From a virus (Duplodnaviria; Caudoviricetes): DNA of 60,558 nt. The stretch is from positions 1 through 60,558 of the IMG/VR virus record IMGVR_UViG_3300023078_000002, one strand, 5' to 3'. Each line of letters begins with the position of its first letter. The stretch's first letter is position 1. The position numbers and the translations under genes were made by a program. This document shows, piece after piece, positions 39,088-49,463 of the stretch. Under the pieces are notes generated by a model. It was not told the DNA's origin, searched no databases, and saw nothing but the letters and a program-made list of their open reading frames with translations.

Positions 39088-40722
39088 CCGTTCCAGGATC
39101 GCTTCGGTCTTTGCCACCGTGTTATCCAGGCTCGCCGTGACGGTCCTGGTCGCATGGCTGTACGAGGTTTCGATGATCTTCCGCGGAGCGCTCGCGGGAT
39201 GGTCAGAGATCGAGATCCAGTCCCCGGCCCGGACACGCCACACGGGCACCTTGCCCTCCGTTGGGTGCGTGACGGTGCCGGTCAGCGTGACCTGTCCGCG
39301 ACGTGACGCCAACGCGCGCTCCTGGAGCCACACGTAGCCGAGCTGGATAGCTCCGGCCTGCGTGGTCGTGAGGCTGAGGTCGAGCTTGCCCCACCGTCGC
39401 GGGATGCCGTGGGCGTTGACGGGATTTTCGTCGCTCGTGTCGGCCAAAACAGGGTCGGTTGCGTCGGCGAGGGCGCCGGGTGGCCCGACGGTCTTCTTGG
39501 CACCGGACGGGTCGGTGTAGGTGACATAGACACCGTTGTAGACCTGCTCGGCGGTCGAGCCTTCGAGCGACAGCTTCGCACCGTCTGACAGACTGGCCTT
39601 CCAGGTCAACCGCCCGGGATCGGGCGCCCTGTAGAAGAACTTGTTGTCGTAGACGCCCCAGTCGTACAAGTGGTAGGCGTTGAGAACTCCGATGGCGTCC
39701 TCGGCCGTGACCGGGTCGAGGAAGGCGGCGTGAGGGACGACAAACGACGTCGGCTCGATAGACCCGTCCGCCCCGGTCGAAAACGACAGCATCGGTGCGG
39801 CGCGACCGACGATGTCGGCGATCATGTCCGACACGTAGAAGCCCTTGGCCGTGGTCGCGTCTTCGGTGCCCTGCTTGGTCAGTCCGTGCTTGCCGTACAC
39901 GGCAAGGCAGGTCCAGAAGATGGCGTAGTCGGTGCCGGCTGCCCCCGCCGGCGAGCCGCCATAGAAGAGCTGGGTGGCGGCGAAAGGACGTGTGCCTGTT
40001 GCGGTCACAACTCCCGCACCTGGGCCGGCGGCCCTGAGATTGCCCGACGAGTCGGTAGGGGCGATCGTCGCGTTGCTCGGCTCGAGGACCGCCAACCAGT
40101 TCCAGTTGGTGTCCGCGCTGCTGATGTTCCCGCCCTTAGTCCACGCGTAGTACAGCGATCCGAGCGGGATGCCGCCCGCGTCGTACCACGCTTCGCAGAC
40201 CGGCTTTACCGGGGACGCCCACGCGTCGGTCACCGCCGACTTCTGTGCTGGTGACACGAGGTCGTTGACGATCTCAGCCGTCGATGGCTGGTAGCTGGCG
40301 GACACCAGTCCGATCTGCCTCTGAACCGAAGGCCCGGCCCATCGTCCGAGGTCCCGGTCGACATAGATCTCACGGAACGACGGGTCGTCCTTCAGGTGGG
40401 CGGCGAGGCCGACCGCGGCAGGCTTGATGCCGTAGCTGTCGCCGTGGTCTCTGGGGAACTGGACCATCCGCCCTTGCCACGCGGTCCGGTTTCCGGGCCC
40501 GTAGACACGGACCTGGTCGAACAGGTTCTGGTCGCTGTACTCCACGTCGATTCGTCGGAGCAGGGAGCAGGTGCAGTCCTTGTCGCCGCCCGGGATGCTG
40601 GTGCTGAACGTCAGGTCGCCCAAGATGTCGCTGCCGTCAGGCTCGTCCGGGCCCCACCTTTTGATGGTGCCGTCGGATCTTGAGATGGAGAGCGCGAGCG
40701 TGTCGTTGCTGTCCATGCGCAC
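39058..40722 (-). CDS. Minor tail (hub/Tal-like) protein
   Basis: 554 aa after the Dit-like gene; FSTSIPGG N-terminus, VRAGDWISI and IIETSY C-terminus. Confidence 0.7.
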   Translation of the reverse strand: MRMDSNDTLALSISRSDGTIKRWGPDEPDGSDILGDLTFSTSIPGGDKDCTCSLLRRIDVEYSDQNLFDQVRVYGPGNRTAWQGRMVQFPRDHGDSYGIKPAAVGLAAHLKDDPSFREIYVDRDLGRWAGPSVQRQIGLVSASYQPSTAEIVNDLVSPAQKSAVTDAWASPVKPVCEAWYDAGGIPLGSLYYAWTKGGNISSADTNWNWLAVLEPSNATIAPTDSSGNLRAAGPGAGVVTATGTRPFAATQLFYGGSPAGAAGTDYAIFWTCLAVYGKHGLTKQGTEDATTAKGFYVSDMIADIVGRAAPMLSFSTGADGSIEPTSFVVPHAAFLDPVTAEDAIGVLNAYHLYDWGVYDNKFFYRAPDPGRLTWKASLSDGAKLSLEGSTAEQVYNGVYVTYTDPSGAKKTVGPPGALADATDPVLADTSDENPVNAHGIPRRWGKLDLSLTTTQAGAIQLGYVWLQERALASRRGQVTLTGTVTHPTEGKVPVWRVRAGDWISISDHPASAPRKIIETSYSHATRTVTASLDNTVAKTEAILERLGVYSIGRW

Positions 40723-40787
40723 TCCGTTTCCGAGATTCAGTGATGCTCGTCTTGACGCACGACGACCGTAACGGCCATGCTCAGCGG

Positions 40788-41303
40788 GTGCGCCACCTGA
40801 TTGCCCTCGTCGTCATGACCGTTACGGTCGCCGTCGCGCCTGCCGCTGATGCCCGCGAGAGCGCCGCCAATGTCGTCTCTCGCAACGGCCGAGTCGGTCC
40901 GCTTCAGGCCGGGACGTCAACCACGAAGCAAGTGATCCGCTTCGCCGGACGCCCACGCCGCGAGACGTTCGAGACCGTCGAGAATGGGGCCGTGATGCGG
41001 TTCTACACCTATAACTGCGGCCACGGCCGAAAGAGCACCTACGTCTTTGACGCGGACGATCGGCTCGCCAACTTCTTGACGACCTGCCATTCATGGCGCA
41101 CCGCCAACGGGACGCGGGTCGGTGATGACCAACAGACCGCGGAACGCAACGAAGGCAAGGCCGCGACGCCAATCCAATGCGGGAGCGGCGGACCGGAAAT
41201 CGAACGTACCGGCCGCGCATGGTTGTATGTGTCCTTCGTCCGCGAAGATGGGCTGGTCCGAGGGTTGGCGGTCGCCGGGCGGAACGGCGTGCTCGGCTGC
41301 TAG
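40788..41303 (+). CDS. Secreted protein moron, antisense within the tail genes
   Basis: Signal peptide MRHLIALVVMTVTVAVAPAADA; promoter TTGACG-18-CATGCT-6-GTG. Confidence 0.7.
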   Translation: MRHLIALVVMTVTVAVAPAADARESAANVVSRNGRVGPLQAGTSTTKQVIRFAGRPRRETFETVENGAVMRFYTYNCGHGRKSTYVFDADDRLANFLTTCHSWRTANGTRVGDDQQTAERNEGKAATPIQCGSGGPEIERTGRAWLYVSFVREDGLVRGLAVAGRNGVLGC

Positions 41304-41334
41304 CTCGACGGAGAAGGGTCCTCGTTTGGGTCAC

Positions 41335-43341
41335 TCACGAGGGCGCGACCAGGAACCTGGGCACATAGGTCAACTGCGCGGTGAGGTCGTCGATGGCCGG
41401 GTCGGCGCCGTCGTCGTAGGGGTCGTTCCGCGAAGCCTTGACGAAGAACCGCACCGACCGACCTTCGGCACCAGCAGGCGGGACCCGCAGGTTGTCACCC
41501 TCATAGTTCCTGTGGTCAGACCAGTTGGAACCGGCTGCCGCCTCCTGCAGCGCGCCGAAGCTGGACACCTCCAGCGACCGGGAGGCGAACATCGCGGCGT
41601 CGGTCGGCGGTGCCCACAGACGGAAGTTGTCGAAGTTCCGCGCGGTGGTCGCGACGTCGTCGATCAAGCCGCACTTGCCCGACGCCAGGACACCGCCGGT
41701 AGCGAACTCGGAGCGCCGCCCGCTGGCTTGAAGCTGGTAGAACCCGCCGGTGCCCGCCGAGGCGTAGAGCGCCCATCGGCCGGCGGCATTGACCGCGACG
41801 CGAAACGACCGCCAACCCGTCGACAGACCGATCAACGCGGTCTCGAGCGCGACGGTGACGCCCCCGACGACGATCGCCAGAGAGAAGCTCGTCGCTGAGA
41901 TCTGCAAGCTGGCGAAGTTGCTGTTGTCGACGTAGCGCAACAGCGCGCCGCCGGCCAAGGCCTTGTTGACCTCATAGTCGAAGTCGACAGAGATGTTGGT
42001 GTAGTTCGTTCCGTTATGGGCGCCGCGGCGATGTGGTCCGCTGCCTGTGTCGATGCGCGTGAGCACTGCGTTGGCTGCGTCCACCGCGAAGTCCGTTGTG
42101 GCAGCGGCATCGATCGCGACGGTGGTCCAGGTACCGCCGGTTGGCAGCGTCTTGCCGGAGAGGTTGCCAGCGGTCTGGTTGAAGTCGTCGCGTGCCAGGT
42201 ACGTCGTCGGCGTTGCGGTCGGCGGGGTAGGTACGGCGACTGCGACACCGTAGCCCTCGTCGACGGGCACGATGTACAGGCAGTCGATGTCGATGTCGTA
42301 GCCGCTGCGCGTGGACTTCGCCAGCACTCTGCCTTCCCAGCGCTGCGTCCCGTAGGTCACGCGTGCGATGTCGATCGGCCCGAGGTCCAGGAGCACCCAT
42401 GTGCCTTCCCGGGACTGGTCGATGACCTGGGTGGTGTTCGTCGTCCAGTTGGTGAGGTGGCCCTGTGCCCACTGAAACGCGACACTGACCGTGCCCGTGC
42501 CCGTGGCCGGGACCTGGACGCGGGCGAACACGCGGAAGCCGCCGACGTGGGACAGATGCGCCCCTCCGCCGGTCGCCTGCGTCGACAGAATCGCCAGGAA
42601 GCCCGACGCCAGGTCGGTGTTGCGCATGACGTTGGACCCGGACCCTGATGCTCCGGACGGACCGGCTGCTGTGGCAGATCCGCCCATGGCGGTGCGCGTT
42701 TCGGCCTCGTAGAACAGCGCCGCGTTGGCCGATGAGCTGTACTCCTTTGACTGCATGCCCCAGACGACGAACCCTTGGTCAACTCCCTGCGCGTCGGTGA
42801 TCCGCAGCTTCCCTAGCGCCGGGACGTCACCAGCGATTCCCGTTTCGGTGAACACGAGGCACGGCAGCGTCGACTCCGTGTGCGCGGTCAAGGTGACCGA
42901 GGCTCCACGCATGTACGGCTTCCCGATGAACGACAGGTCGACCTTGACCAGGTTGCCCGAGTAGTAGGAGATGTCGAAGCTGGGATCGACCGCCCCGGCG
43001 GTGTGAAGGTCGAATATGCCGACCTGACCGGTAGCCAGCGTCCGCTTTAGCGTGCCGCCCTCCCGGCGGATCTTCGCGACCTTCGCCAGCAGCGCCCGCA
43101 GGAGCGAGCCTGTGGCGTCGACCATCTCAAGCGACATGGTGATCGTCCGGTTGACCGCATGGCGCCCAACGGGCAGACCACCTTCGGTGTCGACCGACTC
43201 CGCGAACAACACCTGCTCTTCGGGCGAGGCGTAGGAGTGCGAGAGCACCCGGTAGTTGGCGTTCATGATCGACAGGGGTGACCCGGGATCGGTCCCGTCC
43301 GCGTTGCTGCCCGCCGCGTCAAACTCCAGAAGCTCAGGCAT
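41335..43341 (-). CDS. Distal tail (Dit-like) protein with inserted beta-sandwich/lectin-like domains
   Basis: Directly after the tape measure gene; NRTITM, KPY, GDVPA Dit-type motifs; DDFN...FDNF lectin-like segment. Confidence 0.65.
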   Translation of the reverse strand: MPELLEFDAAGSNADGTDPGSPLSIMNANYRVLSHSYASPEEQVLFAESVDTEGGLPVGRHAVNRTITMSLEMVDATGSLLRALLAKVAKIRREGGTLKRTLATGQVGIFDLHTAGAVDPSFDISYYSGNLVKVDLSFIGKPYMRGASVTLTAHTESTLPCLVFTETGIAGDVPALGKLRITDAQGVDQGFVVWGMQSKEYSSSANAALFYEAETRTAMGGSATAAGPSGASGSGSNVMRNTDLASGFLAILSTQATGGGAHLSHVGGFRVFARVQVPATGTGTVSVAFQWAQGHLTNWTTNTTQVIDQSREGTWVLLDLGPIDIARVTYGTQRWEGRVLAKSTRSGYDIDIDCLYIVPVDEGYGVAVAVPTPPTATPTTYLARDDFNQTAGNLSGKTLPTGGTWTTVAIDAAATTDFAVDAANAVLTRIDTGSGPHRRGAHNGTNYTNISVDFDYEVNKALAGGALLRYVDNSNFASLQISATSFSLAIVVGGVTVALETALIGLSTGWRSFRVAVNAAGRWALYASAGTGGFYQLQASGRRSEFATGGVLASGKCGLIDDVATTARNFDNFRLWAPPTDAAMFASRSLEVSSFGALQEAAAGSNWSDHRNYEGDNLRVPPAGAEGRSVRFFVKASRNDPYDDGADPAIDDLTAQLTYVPRFLVAPS

Positions 43342-46300
43342 CTAGTAGGTCGCCACCCGGCCCGGAACGCCGACCGACTGAAAGCCCAACCCGGACTTGC
43401 CGCCGATGCTGCCCGAGACCGCGGCGACGATCGCAGCTAGGATCTCCGGCCCCTGTCCGGCCATCGCCAGGAGCTTGAGCTGGTTATCGGCGATCTGCTT
43501 GTCCAAGTTCATGCGCTCCTGAGCGAGCTGGTTGGACTGGTCGATGCTGTCGGTCAGCGACTTCAACGCTTCCGTGTCCGCCTTCAAGTTGCCGGCCGCT
43601 TCGGCGATCTTCCGCGGGTCGTTCGCGGCCTTGGCTTCGGCGAGTGCTTGCTCGTCGAGTTCCTTCTTCTTCTCCAGCGCGGCCTTGTCGTCGTCGAGCG
43701 TGTCGGTGAGCTGAGCAAGGGCGAGATCGGCGTTGGCCCAGTCGACCTTCTCCTGCTTCATCTGCTCGACGACTGAGTCGAAGTTGTCCGAGGCCGCCTT
43801 GAGCGCGTCAGCTGCGTCCCGGATGGCTCGCGGGTCGCCGCCAGCCAGCGCGTTGGTCAACTCGGCGCGTCGCGTATCAAGCATCCGTGACGCAGACGTC
43901 ATGTCGTCGCCCAGGCCAGCGGTCAGGCGCGCGGACGACGCCTCAGCACCGAGGTAGTCGTCCCAGCTCGGCGCAGGCGGCGGATCGGGGATCGCCTGCC
44001 CGGTGGCCGGGTCGAGCTTTCCGAGATCGCCAAGCTGGGTGCCGATGCCCTGACTCGTGCCGATCAGCCCGGAAAGCTCCTGCGTGAGGCGGAGCCTTGT
44101 CGACGGCTTCAGGCCGCGCTTCTTCAGCGCCTTCTTAATGGTCTTGATTCGCTTGTCGACAACGCTCTTCTGGTTGGCCAGCGCGATCTGGTCATCGTTC
44201 GTCGTCGCCGTTGTCGCAGCCTGCGCAACACCAACATCCGCGAACGCGGAGTTCAGTTCAAAGGACGACGGGGCATCCGAGGACGGGGCAGCCGCACCGG
44301 CGCTACTCGTCGCGCCACCCGGGATCGTGACCGCAACCCGCGGCCCCTTGTAGGGACCCTTGGCCTTCTTGCCCTTGACCCCGTCTGCCGTGGTGGAGAT
44401 CTCGACCGTACGAGTGCCCCACGCGTTCTGCTGCTTGCGACCACGCCAGTCGTAGAAGTCAATGCGATTGCCCTTGATCGCCCCACCCGTGTCGAACGCC
44501 TTGAACGGGCCCTTGTAGCCGAACGGGTTCGGCCACACGTAATAGGACTTGCCCAAAGACAGCTTCGACGGGTCCACGGCGATGCCGTAGGTGTGCGGGC
44601 TGTCCTTCAGGTTGACGCCCGTGGCGGTCGTCCCGGTCCCCTGGATGCCCTCCCACGGCGGCCCGTACGAGGTTGCGACGAACTTTCCGAGCCCGTCACC
44701 GTAGGGGCCAGTGACGTGTCGCCCGAGACCGTCGCCAACACCAGGCGCTCCGGTGTCGATCGCCACGTGCACGTGGTCGTAGTGGTCGGCGGCGACCGCC
44801 CCGGTGTAACGGTGCGGCTGACCATCCTTGATGCCGACCCCGCCCGGCGTGTAGATCAGCTCCGCCAGCCTCGGCCCGAACTTCGACTTCATGTACCGGA
44901 AGAACCGCATCATGTTCGACGGCGAGCCCGCTTCGTCCAGCGCCTCACCGGTCGAGTGATACGAGACGTTGCCGCTAGAGGTGATCGACCCCGGCCGTCG
45001 GCCGGACGAGGTTCGAAGACCGAACCCGGCAGCAGCAGACGCGACTGGAGCAAGCGCAGCCTGAGCACCCATCAAGCTCGGTAGACCGCCACCGGGAATC
45101 GGAGCCGGCGTCAAGCCGCTAACGGCCTTGCCGACACCATCGCCCAGCACCTTGCCGACGCCGTCACCGAACGGGTTCAGCTTGCCGATCTGGTCGCCGA
45201 CGAACCCGGCCGCGTCTTTGACCTTGCCGAGGATCGCGTGACCGAGGTTCCCCATGCCCTTCAAGATTCCGCGGACGATCAGCTTCCCCAGGCCGGTCAT
45301 CGCATCCCACAGCAGCCCGCCGACGTCCTTCGCGGTCTGGACGATGTCGTCAAACGCGTCGCTGACGACCGTGCCAGCGCGATGCCACGCCTTCTTCCAA
45401 TCACCGTTGACCAACGCGACGATCACGCCTACGACGTCGCCGAGAACCTCTGCGATCCGGCCGAGGTGACGTCCGACGATTCCGGCGACCCTCGCCACGA
45501 CCGGCGCTATCGCCTCAAACGCGGTCCGTGTCGCAGAGCCCAGCCGCTTGGCTGCGCCGATGACCTCGTTGATGCTTCCCCGGTTCTTGGTGACGAAGTT
45601 CGAGACGGCTTCTGACACGCGGTCATAGGCGTTGCGGATCGCACCCGTCGACGTGCGAATCGGGCCGGCGAGCTGACCGGACTTGTCGATCAGGTCGACC
45701 AGGGCGGTCGCGCCCTTGGCGACCAGCGGCGCGACCTTTGCGCCGACCACCTCGCCCAGGTTCTCCATCGCGACCTTGGCCCGGTCGGTCGCACCCGCCG
45801 TGGTCTTTCCGTAGGCCTCGGCCTGCCCCTTGAGCCGATCGCGCAACAGGCCGAGCGCCTTCTCGGAGTTGGCCTGCTTGTCGGCGGCTTGCGCAGCCTT
45901 GAGTTGTTCTGGCGTGTACTTCTTGTTGGTTTCCTTGAGCTTGTCGACGTTCGCGGTGCTCTTCTCGAACTCGATTCCGAGCCGCTTCAGCGGGCCGACG
46001 TTCCCGGCGTGAACCTTCGCGACCAGCTCGCCCGCCTTGGCGACGTCCATGTGCTTGCCGCGCGCGAGATCCGCGACCAGGCCCATGTCCTTCATCGCGG
46101 TGTTGACCGACCCCGTGGCTCGGACCACGTTGGTGAACGCGTCCTGAAGGTCCTCGTCATCCAGGCCGGCGAGACGGCTCGTCTTCTGGATGACGTTGTC
46201 GATCTCCTTGGCGTGCGCCTGATAGGAGATCCCCGAAGCCTTCAGCTGCGCCTGCAACTTGGCGTTGGACTTCTCGGCCTCCTGGGCGGCCTCAACGCTC

Positions 46301-46494
46301 TTCTTCAAGCCGACGAACGCCGCGCCGCCCGCGGCAACGCCGAGACCAGCAAACGCCAAGGCGCTGGCCTTGCCGAACTTTGCGACCTTGCTTTCGGACT
46401 GGGCAGCCGACTTGTCGACCTGACCGAAGGCGTGCTTGACACCGCTTGAGTCGCCGACGATGGCGACGGTGAGGGTTCGGGTCTTGCCGGCCAT
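43342..46494 (-). CDS. Tape measure protein with peptidoglycan-hydrolase domains
   Basis: 1050 aa helical; YHSTGEALD...HYDHVHVA metallopeptidase-like; IAVDPS...DTGGAIKGNRIDFY 3D domain. Confidence 0.9.
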   Translation of the reverse strand: MAGKTRTLTVAIVGDSSGVKHAFGQVDKSAAQSESKVAKFGKASALAFAGLGVAAGGAAFVGLKKSVEAAQEAEKSNAKLQAQLKASGISYQAHAKEIDNVIQKTSRLAGLDDEDLQDAFTNVVRATGSVNTAMKDMGLVADLARGKHMDVAKAGELVAKVHAGNVGPLKRLGIEFEKSTANVDKLKETNKKYTPEQLKAAQAADKQANSEKALGLLRDRLKGQAEAYGKTTAGATDRAKVAMENLGEVVGAKVAPLVAKGATALVDLIDKSGQLAGPIRTSTGAIRNAYDRVSEAVSNFVTKNRGSINEVIGAAKRLGSATRTAFEAIAPVVARVAGIVGRHLGRIAEVLGDVVGVIVALVNGDWKKAWHRAGTVVSDAFDDIVQTAKDVGGLLWDAMTGLGKLIVRGILKGMGNLGHAILGKVKDAAGFVGDQIGKLNPFGDGVGKVLGDGVGKAVSGLTPAPIPGGGLPSLMGAQAALAPVASAAAGFGLRTSSGRRPGSITSSGNVSYHSTGEALDEAGSPSNMMRFFRYMKSKFGPRLAELIYTPGGVGIKDGQPHRYTGAVAADHYDHVHVAIDTGAPGVGDGLGRHVTGPYGDGLGKFVATSYGPPWEGIQGTGTTATGVNLKDSPHTYGIAVDPSKLSLGKSYYVWPNPFGYKGPFKAFDTGGAIKGNRIDFYDWRGRKQQNAWGTRTVEISTTADGVKGKKAKGPYKGPRVAVTIPGGATSSAGAAAPSSDAPSSFELNSAFADVGVAQAATTATTNDDQIALANQKSVVDKRIKTIKKALKKRGLKPSTRLRLTQELSGLIGTSQGIGTQLGDLGKLDPATGQAIPDPPPAPSWDDYLGAEASSARLTAGLGDDMTSASRMLDTRRAELTNALAGGDPRAIRDAADALKAASDNFDSVVEQMKQEKVDWANADLALAQLTDTLDDDKAALEKKKELDEQALAEAKAANDPRKIAEAAGNLKADTEALKSLTDSIDQSNQLAQERMNLDKQIADNQLKLLAMAGQGPEILAAIVAAVSGSIGGKSGLGFQSVGVPGRVATY

Positions 46495-46936
46495 CAGGTC
46501 GCCTCCTTCCGGCTGCGGTGGTGTTGCTGGATGGCCGCGACGTCCGCCAGGGTGAGGCGGTGCATGTCAAGCGGCCCGATCCCGTACTCGCCGGGGTTGA
46601 CGCCCTGCGTTAGGAGGTCGCGCCAGACTTTCCGCGAGTCGAAGCTCGCGGCTTGGTAGGGCGCGGCTTCTTCGCCTCGTCGGGGTCGTCGAAGACGGTC
46701 AGCTTCAGCTTCCGAGCGTCCTCGAGCGAGAAGCTGGGATTGTCACGGCGCTTGATCAGCGTGACGAACCGGACCGCCGCCTTGACCGTCTTGAGCGTGT
46801 TGGGCGAGAGGTCGCCCATCTCCTCTTCGAGCCATTCGAGTTCGCCGAGCTCGAAGTCGTCGAGGTCGTAGACCTTGCCCTCGACGTGGATCTTGATGCT
46901 CTCGCCCTCGTTGCCGGGGGCGTCGTCGTCGGCCAT
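46494..46936 (-). CDS. Tail assembly chaperone G (46610-46936) with -1 frameshift extension GT to 46494
   Basis: -1 frame open from ~46661: PYQAASFDSRKVWRDLLTQGVNPGEYGIGPLDMHRLTLADVAAI...*, stop overlapping the TMP ATG. Confidence 0.7.
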
Positions 46937-46956
46937 GCGGATCTCTCTTCCGTCGG

Positions 46957-47346
46957 TCAGTGCCAGCCGAGCTTTTGCGCGGCGGCTTCGATGGCGTCGC
47001 CGACGCTGTCGACGATCGCGTTCTCCTGGCGCTCGACCGCACGCCCGATCGGCGCCTGGCCCGGGACGACGGTGCTGCCGCCACCGGGGTGGAAGTCGAA
47101 CTCGATGAACCGGCTGTAGAACACGCGGTTGCGCACCAGCGCCTTGGAGCCGTTCGCGGTGCCGCGATAAGCCGCGGCTGCTTTGCCGGACTTGCGCGTG
47201 ACCAGGAACGACGCTTCGCGAGCGACATCCTCAGCGACGTCTTTGAAGTCGGCTTGGAGTTCCTTGTCGATGGCCTTGTCCGCGCCGCGGATCTCTCGGC
47301 GAAACCGCTTGAGGTCATCGACGCCAACGCCAATGTCCTTAGCCAT
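46957..47346 (-). CDS. HK97 gp10-like tail completion protein
   Basis: VGVDDLKRF...RKSG...YSRFIEF pattern. Confidence 0.7.
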   Translation of the reverse strand: MAKDIGVGVDDLKRFRREIRGADKAIDKELQADFKDVAEDVAREASFLVTRKSGKAAAAYRGTANGSKALVRNRVFYSRFIEFDFHPGGGSTVVPGQAPIGRAVERQENAIVDSVGDAIEAAAQKLGWH

Positions 47347-47428
47347 GACCCTCCCTTCCAGCGTCCAAGTCCTGGGAGTTATTTGGACGGGTTTGGACCT
47401 AGCCGTGCCCGCAGAGGGCGCCTACCTT

Positions 47429-48118
47429 CTAGGCGCTGGTCTTCTCCAGGCGCTCGGCTTTGGACCGCGCGTAATAGGCGAGCCGGGCGCGATTGCGATC
47501 CGGGTCACGGTCGCCGGGGCGATGCCGGACCTTCACGCCGGGCAGCGACAACGAAGGCAGCTCGTTGGTCGGCTGCCACGCATCCCACAACACGGCCCCG
47601 TCACCGGTCAGGTAGCAGGCGTGATGGCCTACAACCTGGATGCCCGACGGCTGGTAGCGAAACAGCTTGCGGATCGGCTGGCTGTTCCACTGATGCTCGC
47701 CGGACGTGACGCCCTCCCACAGGATCGGCGACGCCACCTCCAGGCCAGTCGCAGCCAGGGCCTCTGACACGCCGTCGGCCTGGGTGATGACCTCGTCGCC
47801 ATCGCACACCCACAGCCAATCACCGGGCTCCGCGACGAGATGGCCGGCGGCGAACAAGAACGTCCTCTTCTCGATTTCGTTCCCCGCCCAGGGTCGCGCG
47901 GGTCGGTGGACGGTGACGCCCATCCCGAACCGCTCAGCGCTGGAGATGATCGCCTGCGCCTGGTCGCCATCAGACGAGCCCTCAGCGTCCGGGAACGCGG
48001 CATACGCACCATCGACCGCAACAACATGATCGATGCCCGCACGGGCCACGCTCTCGACCAGCTCGGCCAGGAATCCCGGTGACTCCTCGTACCAGGACAG
48101 CAGAGCGATGATGCGCAT
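47429..48118 (-). CDS. GT-A (GT2-like) glycosyltransferase, copy 2
   Basis: SWYEE, HVVAVDGAY, GNEIEKR, GDWLWVCDGDE (DxD), IRKLFR, HR. Confidence 0.7.
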   Translation of the reverse strand: MRIIALLSWYEESPGFLAELVESVARAGIDHVVAVDGAYAAFPDAEGSSDGDQAQAIISSAERFGMGVTVHRPARPWAGNEIEKRTFLFAAGHLVAEPGDWLWVCDGDEVITQADGVSEALAATGLEVASPILWEGVTSGEHQWNSQPIRKLFRYQPSGIQVVGHHACYLTGDGAVLWDAWQPTNELPSLSLPGVKVRHRPGDRDPDRNRARLAYYARSKAERLEKTSA

Positions 48119-48125
48119 CGCCGCT

Positions 48126-49460
48126 CTAGTAAGTGGTGCCGTTGGTGACGACGGTCCCGTCGATCGACGTCGTCGCGTTCCAGTTGCCGAGGATCCGGTT
48201 GTGATGCGACGTCACGTCCAGCACACCGGCGCTCTGGATGCCGTAGCGCAGCGCCGTCGTGTTCGTACCAGCGGGCTGCAGCTCGTTCTGCATCACGTTG
48301 TCGTGGCAGATCCCGTAGGCGGTGTTCGACGTCGGCGACTGCAGCAGGATGCCGCGATAGTTCAGGATCGACGTCAGGCCCTGGCTGACATGCGCGAGGC
48401 TGATCACGTTGTCGTGCACATGGGTAGGGCGGGGGTAGCCCATCGTGAAGCACGCGATCCCGTACATGTTCAGACCTGTCCCGATGACCTGCCATTGCGT
48501 CGGCGACGATGCGGGGGTGTTGCCGGTGTTGTTGTCGGTCAGCGAGTAGTACAGGACGCTGGAGGACGTGACGACCTGCCACATCGAATACGTCGTCCCG
48601 GCCGAGTAGGCGTTACCGGCGGCGGCCATGCCGGGCAGGCCGCCGTAACCTTCGATGTAGTTGTTGTGGATCTGCGTGGCGTAGGAGCCCGTCGTCGTGA
48701 TCGCTGACAGCGTCGTGGCCCAGGCATGGTTGTGGGCAATGACCCATCCGGCCGGCGCGTCGACCTGAATGCCGACCAGGCCCGTGTTCGACACGCGGTT
48801 ATTGATGCAGATCCCGTCGGTGACGAGGTTGCCGGCCCCGTGCACATAGATGCCGTTGCCGCCGGAGCCGTCGATCCAACACGAGTCGATGATGTTCTCC
48901 ACCCCGGAGCCCGTGAGCTGGGAGCCATCCGCGCCCCGGCCGAGGATGTAGATGCCGTGTCCGCGGCTGTTGACGATCCCGCAGGAGCGGACCGTGGAGC
49001 GGAGGTTGGTCAGCACGAGGCCGTGGCCAGTGCCGCCGGTCTGGTTGGTCTTGTTGCCATCGCAGCACAGGCCGGTGACCCAGATCGGCGGGTCCATCGC
49101 CCCGGACGCACCGAGCACATAGGCTTGAGAGGCGAACATGTAGTTCAAGTTCGCCCCGGCCGCCATGCGAAAAACCGTCCCCGCCGCGGAACTCGGCGGA
49201 GGCGAGACGATCGACGACGGGTAGTAGTGCGAGAAGTCGTAGCGCAGATCGGGGCGCAGCACGACAGGTTGGTCGATCAGATAGGTGTAACCGGGCAGGG
49301 TGGTGATGCGTGTACCGCTGGACTGCGCCGCGATAAAGGCGTTGATCATCGCGCCATCGCCAGTCGATGCGCCCGTCGGCAGCGGCAGGATCTGGACGTG
49401 TCCGCGGTCCGGCTGCCCGACTACCTCGCTGCCGGATTGGAACCACCGCGTGATCCCCAT
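48126..49460 (-). CDS. Right-handed beta-helix (pectate-lyase-like) protein with CBM5/12-like insert
   Basis: TGDGAMINAFIAA..PG.TY; DGNK; repeated GxGIY/N.I.NN rungs; YSAGTTY..VV....LY......NTPASSPTQWQ. Confidence 0.75.
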   Translation of the reverse strand: MGITRWFQSGSEVVGQPDRGHVQILPLPTGASTGDGAMINAFIAAQSSGTRITTLPGYTYLIDQPVVLRPDLRYDFSHYYPSSIVSPPPSSAAGTVFRMAAGANLNYMFASQAYVLGASGAMDPPIWVTGLCCDGNKTNQTGGTGHGLVLTNLRSTVRSCGIVNSRGHGIYILGRGADGSQLTGSGVENIIDSCWIDGSGGNGIYVHGAGNLVTDGICINNRVSNTGLVGIQVDAPAGWVIAHNHAWATTLSAITTTGSYATQIHNNYIEGYGGLPGMAAAGNAYSAGTTYSMWQVVTSSSVLYYSLTDNNTGNTPASSPTQWQVIGTGLNMYGIACFTMGYPRPTHVHDNVISLAHVSQGLTSILNYRGILLQSPTSNTAYGICHDNVMQNELQPAGTNTTALRYGIQSAGVLDVTSHHNRILGNWNATTSIDGTVVTNGTTY

Positions 49461-49463
49461 GAC

